This document shows, in pieces, positions 52,401 through 64,000 of a stretch of DNA of 64,000 nt; position 1 is the stretch's first letter, and every line of letters starts with the position of its first letter. Position numbers and translations under genes: made by a program. The stretch is from Eledone cirrhosa (Eukaryota): positions 368,218,001 to 368,282,000 of the forward strand of contig OZ024740.1 in the NCBI GenBank assembly GCA_964016885.1, given 5' to 3'. Under the pieces are notes generated by a model. It saw nothing but the letters and a program-made list of their open reading frames with translations. It made no database searches and was not told where the DNA came from.

Positions 52401-54055
52401 ATTTGAAAGGAAGGAAGCAAAATATAAATGAGGGAAAAAAATTAAAATGAAAACAAGTGGTGAAAGGGTGTGAGTGGTGTAGAGGTGGTGGTGAGTGGTT
52501 GGATGGAGGAGTAATAGTGGAGAAGGAAACAGGGAGCCCTAGTGGGGAGGGGAGAAGGTGGAGTGTGTGTATGTGTGGATGTGTGTGTGAGAATTTGGGG
52601 AAGAACGTGGTTCCATGTTCGGGTAATTTGAAAACCAGTGTGTACACGGGATGGGATGTGAAGTCAGTTGTGTGTGCGTATGGATGGAGAGGGGTCAGAG
52701 GGGTGGTGGAGAGGGGGCGTGCAGAGTCCGGAGGCCGAGTAGGTGTATGTGAGGATACGCACGTGTGTTTGTGTTTTTGTGTGGTGTGGATACGTGGGAC
52801 TGTATGGTTGCGTGTGTGAGAAAAAGGTTTTAGTGTTGCTGCTTGTTTTCCCGGTGAGTGTATGGATGAATGGTGAAAAAATCCGGGTATAAATAGGTGG
52901 AGGTCTAGAGTGTGGGACCAGCAGTGTAGAAGCCGTGGAATGGTGCGGAGGAAGTAGAAAGGTGTGGGGTGCGGAGGAAGTAGAAAGGTGTGGGGTGCGC
53001 GCGCAACAGGAAGTTGTCAAGAAGGTCAAGGCATGGCGGTGGAGAAGAAAGAGAGGAGATAGCAGTTAAGAGGATGACAGACAGGCGAGTGGTAGTTTGC
53101 AGGGGTGCTCTGTATGTGTGTGTGGTATTTGTGTATGTGTGTGCGGAGGTGCGGTGGACAGGAGAGTGTATGTGTGTAATCTAGGTGAAAGGCCAAATAA
53201 AATATTAAATAATTCAATTAATCAATTTTCACAAAATACAATTTGAAAATTTTAATAGTGAGTGAATCTGCTGCCAGTCCGTGTTTTTTCATGAGAGCAG
53301 GTCCCATTCTTGACACGAACTAACAGACTACCAGGGCGTTTTCTCCAAGGTTACACTTTCTTAAAGCTCCCATTATTTTTGCTTTAAAATTTCCCTAGGT
53401 CCCTTCCTATACATTAGCCTGGCGTCTAATTATTTTACCTTTGCTTCGTTCTAGACTTTCATTTTTCTCACATCTCCAATGTCAGTGTTTGTATTATAAG
53501 CCATCGCATTCTTGGCGGCCCACAGATCCATTTAGACATCCTCGCTAATTGTGACTAGTATTGTTTTCTTATTTTGTCTTTTTCTTTCATCTCCTACTCG
53601 AGGGGGACGTGACTCAGTAATTAAATGTGTGGCTTTATGAGTTTATAGGCACGAATAATTTCATTTTATGTTCTCTTTATTTGCGTCTTTGTTATGAAGA
53701 TCACAGACAATTTCAGAATTTCTGCAATTAGTTTCTTTGGTGAGGAATCATTCACCGAATTCTTTGTTGTAAGAGTTGTCTTTAAATTTTTAATTTCCAG
53801 TTTTGTTCATTATTATATGCTGTGTTTTTCCTAATGGGGCCTGTTTCGCTTGCATTCGTATAAGAAGTAACGAGATAGGAGTGAAGTTGAATGGAAGGAA
53901 AACACGAAGAAAAAGTGGAAGTGTAGAGGAGAATTTAGAGGGGTGAGTAAGACAATGGCAGAGAAAGAGAGAGAAAGTGAGAGAGAGAGAGAGAAAGAGA
54001 GAGGATGGAAGGATCATGAGATTGTTTATGCATACAAACACACACACATGCACAC

Positions 54056-54205
<150 letters not shown>

Positions 54206-54694
54206 TTTACTTCTGCCTTCGTATCAGTATGTATTTTTCTCTAAGTGTAGATTTTAAAGAATCCATTTCCTAATCAACACGTTTTCCTAACACCAGAAGA
54301 TGTATAAATACCACCATATCACATTGAGAGCCGGCTTTCCTGATGTTTTCTTCGGAATGAAACAGTTCTAGTCCTGTAGACGCCATTTCTATATTATATA
54401 TAGCTTTGAATGAAGATTTGTTCTCTTGTTCATATACGTTAGTTATATCTATGTTTAAAACATTATATGAATAAAAAAAAATAAAGCAAGAGAAAATAAT
54501 TTTCTCGTTTCTTATCTCATATTAAAATGCGTTTGTTCTTACGCTCCGAAATTTAAAGGAGTAAAAAACTAAATAAGGAAAATTACGATTGCAAATTTAA
54601 AATAAATAAATAGCGATTAAATAAGCAAGTAACTAAAATGTAGAGTGTGTATATATATATATATAATACCCCCACACACACAAACATATATATA

Positions 54695-54880
54695 TTAGGT
54701 ATTAAGTTAACAATGAAAATAAAAACAAGAATGTCAAGTTACTTTACCTATTCATATTATTGTTTTACGATCGGTTCGGAGGGTCGATCATATTGACATA
54801 TTGTATGATATATAGGAGTAGTATTACTGTATACTATCAGACCTCATATAAGGTTTCGATCAGGCCGTCTTCTTCGTAAT
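54695..54880 (-). repeat. Diverged copy of the 1515-1785 hammerhead-bearing repeat
   Basis: Shares tcaagtta.tttacctattcata..attgttttacgatc and cgaagaagacgg.ctgatcgaa. Confidence 0.75.
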
Positions 54881-54966
54881 ATATATGTATATATATATAT
54901 ATACACAAACACACTCATATACACATACATACACATATATACACATACACACATACATATATATAT

Positions 54967-55026
<60 letters not shown>

Positions 55027-55033
55027 ATATATA

Positions 55034-55085
<52 letters not shown>

Positions 55086-55835
55086 GTGTGTATGTGTATG
55101 TATGTGTGTGTGTGTATGTGTATGGTATATGGTAGTAATTATAATACACGTGAAGACTAAAATTCCGAATAAATATGATAAAACAATATATATGCATGTT
55201 TGTATATCGCTATATAGTGGATGGAGGAATTTAATGTCCGTTAAATATTCTAGACCCTACCAATGTTACCATCGCCATCCTATCGCCATGGAACGTGGAG
55301 ACTGGAGGTGAAGGGTACTATTCTACTGTGCAAGGATGTGGAACGGCTATTTCTAATAACCAACGTTTCACTATCTTATCAATGTGTGTTTGAGATACGT
55401 TGGCTGAAGGCTTTTGGCGGATCGAAATTATTCGTTTTGTAATCTCCTGCCACCACATAAATTTGTAAATCGGTTACCGTCGGGGGTTACTAATCACTTT
55501 ACTGTTGCGGCCGTCACATGCAGTCATGACCGGCATGGACTGGAGTTTGAATTCTGTCGATCGATTGGTTATTGATTAGGCGATACCCGGTGATGATACC
55601 ACATGTGCCGATTATGCATTGTTGCATAATATATGCAGACAGACGGTGCAGGTCACCCTACCGCTGCATTAAGTGTGGCCGAAACTCGAGACCTGGAACT
55701 AATATAGGCACCCGTTTCCGTGTGTTGTATTGAAACGAATGTGTATACACTGGAATGTATTCTATATTATCTATTGAGTACGGTGAAATACAACCGGTCC
55801 TGTCATTGTTAAATATGCTGAGTCCGTCAACTCCG

Positions 55836-55938
<103 letters not shown>

Positions 55939-56165
55939 TGTGTATGTGTGTGTGTTTGTGTGAGTGTGTGTCTGGTTATGTGTGTATATATGTGTATATA
56001 TGTACATGTGCATATATATATATGTATGTATTGGTATGTGTGTATGTATGTATGTATATATGTGTTTATATTGTTTGCGTGTTTATATGTATATGTGTAT
56101 ATATGTGTGGATATGTTTATGTATGTGTGTATGTATATGTATGTATATGTATGTATGTGTGTATG

Positions 56166-56246
<81 letters not shown>

Positions 56247-56759
56247 GGGGACGGGCGTGTGTGTATAGCGAAATCTGTCGGCACCTTCGACCATGGATGA
56301 CACAGAAAGGTCAAATTCTGGGTCACCTCCTTTTCGGCGTAAACAAGTTCATGCGTGGGCTATCCCTCGATGCGGGGAACAGAAAACGACAGGTATAAAT
56401 AGCCTGCACCAGACCAAGCAAAGGTGATCGGAGCAGTACAGAGAGAATAGCTATCCAAAACATTCACCTCTAACTAGAGATCCATGCGGTTTACAGATTT
56501 CTATAAATATTTACTCTCCCTCTCTTTGTCTACAGGCATCTCACCTCTGGCCACAGACTACACCAGCATAAAGAAGCAACATAATGAAGTCAAAAACATC
56601 TACAACCTTTATAACTCTTAATAACCTATTCTTTGCTCATTTGTGAAGCGAAGTGAACTAAATCTTTCATATCAAAAGTAAACCAGCTATTCGTGTTATT
56701 TCTGCTTACGATAACTACTAACCAGCTTTGCTTATATATATGTATGTATATATATATCG

Positions 56760-57092
56760 GGCACCCCACCTCCCTCTCCCCACTCCGCCCGCCACCACCC
56801 CTACACGCCCCACACCCTTCCACCACCTGTTTTACTTCATGTTTATTTTTATTTTTATTATGCTTTTGTATTTAATTTCATTTGTACCGTTTCCTCTCAC
56901 CACCTTTTTTCTATATGTCTCTCCACCACTCCCCTAAACACCCTTGGAACTCTCTTCCCACACACTTTTCACCCGAAGAAGGGCTTATGACCGAAACGTC
57001 GTTCACCACCACCACCCCACTCTCAAGAGCGTGAAACTACTAAACCTTTGTTCGTACTGCCTCTCTGTTTTGTTCCCGTTCAATTTTTTTAC
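56760..57092 (+). mobile_element. Penelope-type terminal repeat fragment
   Basis: C/T-rich tract followed by ccgaagaagggcttatgaccgaaacgtcg (minimal hammerhead-like, 56973-57001), then (TA)n. Confidence 0.6.
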
Positions 57093-57111
57093 TATATATA
57101 TATATATATAT

Positions 57112-59886
57112 ATATTGGTAAACGGAAAAGAAAATGCTGACAAATTGTTCACAGTGAAAAATATTTTAATTAGGAATAAGTGAGAATTAGTAACAGTTTT
57201 GGTTTTAAGTGTTACCGGTTGCGCATTTCTAATGCTTTTCAAATATACAAACCAAACCTCAACAAGAAAGAATGGGAAGAATTAAATAGATTAAAAACCG
57301 ACAGAACCATTACAATTAAAGAGGCTGATAAAGGGAGTACAGTAGTCCTAATGGAGACAGAATTTTATATCAACTTAGCGCTCTCCACTTTGGAAAACGA
57401 AACATACTACGAAAAGGCTGAACTCTATAATCAACAGAACATTATGAGAAACCTAAAAACTCTGATCAACCAATACAAAGAAGGACTCACTAACAAGGAA
57501 TTCAGCTTCATCACAGACTTCACAAGTAAATCCAGCCTTTTCTACGGTATCCCTAAAGTACATAAAAGTGAATTAATAAGTAAGGCATGCAAGGAAGCCA
57601 CAGACATAGTCATAAATGTCCTCTCACCCAATGATCTCAAATTAAGACATATAATAGCAGGCCACCGCCTTAGCAACTTCATTGATACCCTTCACAAGCC
57701 TTTTCTCAAACACATCAAAAGCTATATAAGGGACGACCTAGATATGCTCAATCACCTCCCTAATATGCCACTTTCTGAACAAACCCTACTAGTGACGTTC
57801 GATGTAGTCAACCTATGCTCCAACATCCCTCACAACCTAGGAATAGAAGCTATCCAATTCTGGCTGGATAATTACCACAATGAACTCCCACAACGCATGA
57901 AAAAAGAATTCGTGATAGAGGGACTCAAATTTATCTTGGAGAACAATTACTTCGTTTTCAATAACAAACCCTACAGGCAAAAACCTGGGACCGCTATGGG
58001 AACAAAAACAGCCCCCACTTATGCCAACCTAGTCATGGGATACCTGGAAATCACCCTCTACACTAAAGTCCTAAACACATTTGGAAACACTCTCCACTTA
58101 CACATAGAATGGAACTGGAGACGATATCTAGATGACTGCTTCATCCTTTGGCACGAAAACATCGAGAAACTTAAAGAATTTCACACCCTTATCAATGGGC
58201 TCAACACGAATATTAACTTCACGATGCAACAACAGCCCCTTCCTCGACATCCTCATTAAGATCCATAACAAAAAAATAGAGACAGACATATACTACAAGC
58301 CCACAGACTCCAAGCAATATCTTCCTTTCAACTCTTGCCACCCTAGACACGTTAAAATTAATATTCCCTACAACTTAGCCAAGAGAATCTGCACTATAGT
58401 CTCCAATAAAAAGCACCTGCTACTTAGGACTACAAGAACTAAAGGACACACTCATAGGCAGGGACTACCCTGCATCACTAATTGACAATGGAATCCAACG
58501 TGCCCTAAAACTCAGAACACAGGACCTTAGACACCCTAAAGTAAATCAACCGAAACTAAAAGCTCTTCCATACATTTCCACACACAATCCCCTCAACAAT
58601 GAGGCCTTTGACACCATCCTCCAGAACATTCCTGTGTTGAAAAAGGACCATAGAATGAACCAAATCCTAGGAACACATGATATCATAAAGAGCAAAAGAC
58701 AATCTAAGTCAATGAAAAACATCCTAACACATGCCAAAGTACTGCCAACCACAACAACGAAACCCACAGTAAAAAAATGCGATAGACCCAACTGTGGCAT
58801 TTGCATCAACCTAATAGAGGGTTCGGAATTCTATTTCAAAAAAGGACAACGTTTTATAGTCAAACACAAGTTAACATGAGCATCACAAAGTCTAATATAT
58901 GTATTAACTTGCTCAGGTTGTCGAGAACAATACATAGCCCAGACCAAAAACAGCCTCCGCCAACGCATGACTGTCCATAGATCCCAAATTAAAATACGGA
59001 ATACATGAAAATACCTCTGAGTAAACACATTGATACCTGTGCCGCCCCAAATCATCCCAATTTCAGAATCATTCCCATCTACAAATTTAAAGATAATGCC
59101 ACCCACAACCAGCGCATCTGAGAGGAATCTTACTTTATTAACAAATACGGACCCCGTCTAAATACTTCTCCCTAAGACGAACTCACAACATACACACGTC
59201 AACATACATACCTACATCAGCATACATCTCTACCCACATATAAACACAATGGCATACGTAAACACACATGTTCTTGGTGCAACACAAATATACACAAATT
59301 TGCATACCTTTTGATGTCTATAGATATAAACGTGCCGACACACACATACATAAACGCACACATGCATTGCGCACTGATGGGCACATACATTATTGTACAC
59401 AAGTATTCCAATACGGCAAGGCCTAATGATCTCCCCTTGCAGTACGTACAATCTGGACACACTCCAGATACATATTTGTGCACAGGTATACAATGTCTGG
59501 ACACACTCCAGATACATGTGTACAATTTGTACACAAGTATACAATTTGTGCACAGGTATACAATTTCTGGACACACTCCAGATAAATATTTGTGCACGGG
59601 TATTCCAATACGGTAAGGCCTAATGGATTCCCCTTGCAGTATGTACAATCTGGACACACTCACACACACCTTGGTATTATGCCAATACTATATATCATTT
59701 CACACCTTTTATTATTAAGTTTTTGATGTTCTATTGAGAGAATCGATTTTACTGAAAATATCGAATAATGTACACCATTTTACCAGAAATAAATACTGGT
59801 CCACCCACCCACACACACACACACACACACATTCTCACACACACACACACATACACACGCGTACATTAACATACAAAGAGACATAT

Positions 59887-59917
<31 letters not shown>

Positions 59918-60027
59918 CACTTATCCGTATAAGACAACAGCTGAAAAATATCTTTTAACATGTTAAAATATCCCCCACACACTTACAGACATTCATACTG
60001 ACCACCCCTCTACCACGAATTGCTCTG

Positions 60028-60084
<57 letters not shown>

Positions 60085-60793
60085 TACACACACATACACA
60101 CACTTGTCTTAATAGGCATTTGAACTGTCAACAGGCTGTGGTTCGCACACACATATCACAACAACGAACATCTTTACTACTACTACACACACACACACAT
60201 ATTTGTTTTGAAAGACTTATTTCTCACTGACTTCTCAATCAGCCGACACAAACCGACATTTGGCGCAAAATCAATTTTTAACATTCACAAGACTTCTACC
60301 GACCAATCAAAATTGTTTTGACCACAAGAATTTTTGCAACACGAATTGGCGCAAAACTTATTTTAATACCGCTGGAGCCACTTTTTTAACATAAAAACAG
60401 GTAGAATTTCCCAAACTAATCAGATCAGAGCAAACATCACGGACGCTCTATCAAAAAATTATTTTTGAAAAGCATTAGAAATGGGCAACCAGTAAAACTT
60501 AAAACCAAATGCTGACAAATTGTTCACAGTGAAAAATAGTTTAATTAGGGATAAGTGAGAATTAGTAATTGTATTGGTTAGTATTCAGTTTTGGTTTTAA
60601 GTTTTACCGGTTGCGCATTTCTAAATGCTTTTCCAAAATAATTTTGAGATAGAGCGTCCGTGATGTTTGCTCTGATCTGTAAAACTTAAAACCAAAATTG
60701 AATACTAACCAATTACTAATTCTCACTTATCCCTAATTAAACTATTTTTCACTGTGAACAATTTGTCAGCATTTTCTATTCCGTTTACCAATA
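57112..60793 (+). mobile_element. Penelope-like element, Neptune-type (RT + GIY-YIG), 5'-truncated and decayed, with inverted terminal segments
   Basis: IKEADKGSTVVLM, DVVNL..NIP, GTAMGTKTAPTYANL, WRRYLDD, YYKPTDS..HP, CDRPNCGIC, LIYVLTCSGCREQYIAQT..LRQRM..H; 57112-57240 is the reverse complement of the 3' end. Confidence 0.92.
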
Positions 60794-60861
60794 TATATAT
60801 ATATATGTATGTATGTATGTATATATATATAGTTAGATAGATATTTGTGTATATATATATA

Positions 60862-60996
<135 letters not shown>

Positions 60997-61110
60997 ATAT
61001 GTATATATGTATATATATATATATTTATATGTTTGTGTGTGTGTGTATAAGTATGTATGTATACATATATATATTTATATATATTTGTAATCTGAATTTT
61101 TCCAATATTA

Positions 61111-61300
61111 ATAATTGTTTCTACTTTTGGCACAAGGCCAGCAATTATCCCAGTGTATTACTGGTACTTTATTTTATCGACCCCGTAAGGATGAGAGGCA
61201 AAGTTAACCTCGGCAGGATTTGAACTGAGACCATAAAGGGCCGTAACTCTTTTTTGCAAAGCATGGCGTCCGACCCTCTACCGATACTGCCAATCCACCA
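61111..61300 (-). mobile_element. SINE copy
   Basis: Reverse match to the family consensus. Confidence 0.9.
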
Positions 61301-62949
61301 ATAATAACTTTCGATTCGTTTGCAAATATACAAAGAAGCCTCAATTTTATAGCCATGTCAGTAGAATGAACACTTCATTCTTGCTCTTATGTTGGCATGC
61401 GAACAGAACTGCAGACACTAATGTTTCTGGGTATCACCCTTCATCAGTACAGATCACTGTGCACCTGGCAAACTGTCAGAGCTAGTGAAAGTATATATGT
61501 TTTTAAAAATACACAGTGACTGATCAGCCTGATTTGCATATTAGCAGACTGGCTTAGGTATATGTGTATATATACATACATCGATGATTTGATCAGAGAC
61601 ACACTGTATTTAAGATCGAGTAAAGCAACTTCGAGTGATTAGCGGCCTTTAGACTGACCTGATGATTGAAACAATTGTTAATACTGTCAATATAAATCCC
61701 TTTTTGTACAGCCGACCATGTTATTCTTCTCTCTTTCACTGTATATCTATATCTCTCTCTATATATATATATACATTCATTTATACCTGTACAGATTTAA
61801 CTGTCTCTTATACGTAAACAACTCAATGAAAGATGTATTGATACATTATCACGGACGGAACTATAAAAACATTAAAATTAAGCCAAAATGTTTCGATGAT
61901 ACAAGCGAATTGGTTTTTAGAAAACTCTGTTTTTACTTATATAACACACAAACCATGTTTCCGGAACTCAAGATACAACATCGTCATTGACATGACATTG
62001 ATATAACCAATATTGGAAGAATTTCAGTTCCTTCATTGGGAGGTGAATTCTTCTCAGGAATAAAGGGATAATTTGAGCATATATCATTGTTGAACTGATT
62101 CATACGTTTTTGGCTGCTACTCCCTGCGTCAATATAAGCCCTTCGCATTGTCCTAATATATTAACTGGAAAGTACTCATACTGTAATTCAATGTTGCAAC
62201 ACGTTGTTTCACCATGCGGTCTACTAAGGGTATATATGGCACATATTTAACTTATCCCTTTGGGTGGAATATATTGTTATAGTAATTCAGCTATACAACT
62301 CTTTGTTACACATGCGATTTAGCAAGAAACGTTATATATGTATACTACCTTTTCATCTTGACACCTCATTACTAAGAAGTATTCACCTACTAATGAAGGA
62401 ATACAATATTGGTTGTTTCAATGTCTTTGAATTACCAATGTTTTATCTTGATTTCCTGAAACCATAGTCGGGGTATTTCATAAGTAGAAACCGACTTTGT
62501 GTTAGCGGATTTGGCTCGTATCTCCACAAAATGAGTTTAATATATGCATATTTATATCGAATGTCGATAAAAAATGTACCAGTGTAGTACCGGGTTCGAT
62601 TTCTTCCTTTCTCTCACCTTCAATCTTTCTCTGCAAGAAATCTGCTATATTCAGACTTAGAGAGTTATGGGCTTCGCCAACACCGTATGCCAATACAGCC
62701 CTCTACGATTCCATTACGAATAACGGTAACATGCATACATGCACCAGCCGAATCTATTGCCTTGTCATTTTATATATAAAACTTTGTGAATTATTATGTT
62801 TGTAGCGGATGATCGTCTTTTGTATATCGTTGAAAATGTAAGTATGAATACATGCAATGCATTGTATTTAGAGGTGGCTCATTTTATATATTTGATTTCT
62901 ATAGAAAGTCAGTTGATCACTTCATGATTTCTAACTACGAAACAAGTGA

Positions 62950-63990
62950 TTGGATTTGCTTGCAATTTCGAATGTAGTATATTTAGAAACTTGCATTGTC
63001 AACCAATTCATGCTGAAACTGCTTTACTGATGAATGCAGCTTTCTGTAATTATTGTACTAGTGAACATTTTCTATAATACCTCAGTTTCAACAATGATAC
63101 TGAGTGTCTACGGAGAGTAAAAATCTGTGAGCTGTATTCTACCCTGATCAGAACTAAAATGTTTCGTAGTTCCAACATACCTCCTGGATCTCTTGTTACG
63201 AAGGTTCGTTGGATCGATCCTATGATATGTCAGCCTTTAGACGGTACTATACTGGTGAGGCTGTTGAAATACGCATCGTTTGACATTAATATTTCTACTT
63301 CCCGCATGACGTTAGCGCTCGGAATCTTTGATGGCAAATATTTATTGCGTATTTCTCTTCCGTAAATAAAACACAAACTTATTTTCATCTCCTAATCTAT
63401 AAATGGGGTTTAGTTCACTTTGAAATGTAAGGATCTCTTCTTAAATTTGGAGAGACGTCTATATCATTATGCAAACGCGAATACCAAAAGCGTACCTGTG
63501 TGTAGCTGTGATCTTATACCTGATAGGGTGATGAAAATATAAAGGGTGCAAGCGGTCTGCTCTGAAGTATATCACTTAGAAGTGACATAACAGAAAGAAA
63601 AGGGAGGGTATCAATAAATTGATCTCTTCTCTATATTATGTGAATGAAACACTCCTAGTCTTTTCCTGTGATATCACGTTCTCTTAAACTATGACAGATG
63701 ATTGCATGGTCAATCTTGTTAAGACGTTGTCGAAATCAATCTATATGCATATGGTGTCAGTGTCCATTTCTCTGAGGGGAATATTGAAACTACTATTATG
63801 TTGAAGTAGCTGTGTCAGGCACCTACTTCCTGACTGAAATCCATACTGTGCATCATATAAGAGATTGTTTCCCTGAAGTTATGTGATTTGTTTATTTTCA
63901 CAATACCTTCTAGCGTTTTAGATGTATGAGATGAGAGAGAAACAGGTCTGAGACTTTCACCTATAGCTCTGTTACCTCCTTTGTGTTACA
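62950..63990 (-). mobile_element. Highly decayed CR1-like LINE RT fragment
   Basis: Minus-strand remnants CLTQLLQH, IDFD..KIDHAIICH.L...ITGK, RTFVTRDP..ML..ILVLIRVEYS. Confidence 0.6.
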
Positions 63991-64000
63991 AACATATATA

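Noticed and set aside
52310-53190. Purine/GT-rich stretch with several 60-140 aa ORFs
   Set aside because: Strand-biased low-complexity DNA, probably a retroelement 3' region, but no diagnostic motif was found.
58877-58879. TGA at a probable Cys position (LT*AS..LIY) in the Neptune-type element
   Set aside because: A single change from TGY in a copy with several other frameshifts and stops; no SECIS recognised. It would only matter if the family consensus has TGA.
59400-59670. Short repeated units with spacers resembling a CRISPR array
   Set aside because: Irregular internal duplications in a retroelement 3' region; eukaryotic context and no cas genes.

Overview
AT-rich, microsatellite-dense animal genomic DNA, probably a cephalopod such as octopus (inferred from the SINE family and the (TA)n/(CA)n load, not verified). 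The only host coding sequence I can support is one 151-bp minus-strand exon of a GABA-B receptor (class C GPCR, subunit-2-like) at 49347-49497, so most of the window is probably intron. The rest is retroelement debris. It holds two copies of an RTE-clade LINE with three C-terminal C2H2 fingers: one is nearly intact, the other is decayed with an inverted 5' part. There is also a tandem non-autonomous RTE derivative, fragments of CRE-, R4-, CR1- and Expander/RTE-like LINEs, and about eight copies of a tRNA-type SINE. The most striking pattern is a set of Penelope-like elements (Naiad- and Neptune-type) whose terminal repeats fold back as inverted repeats, abut (TA)n tracts, and carry more than a dozen intact or degenerate type I hammerhead-ribozyme motifs, several with unusually long stem II insertions. 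Most ORFs in the supplied track are microsatellite artefacts. All alignments and folds were read by eye.
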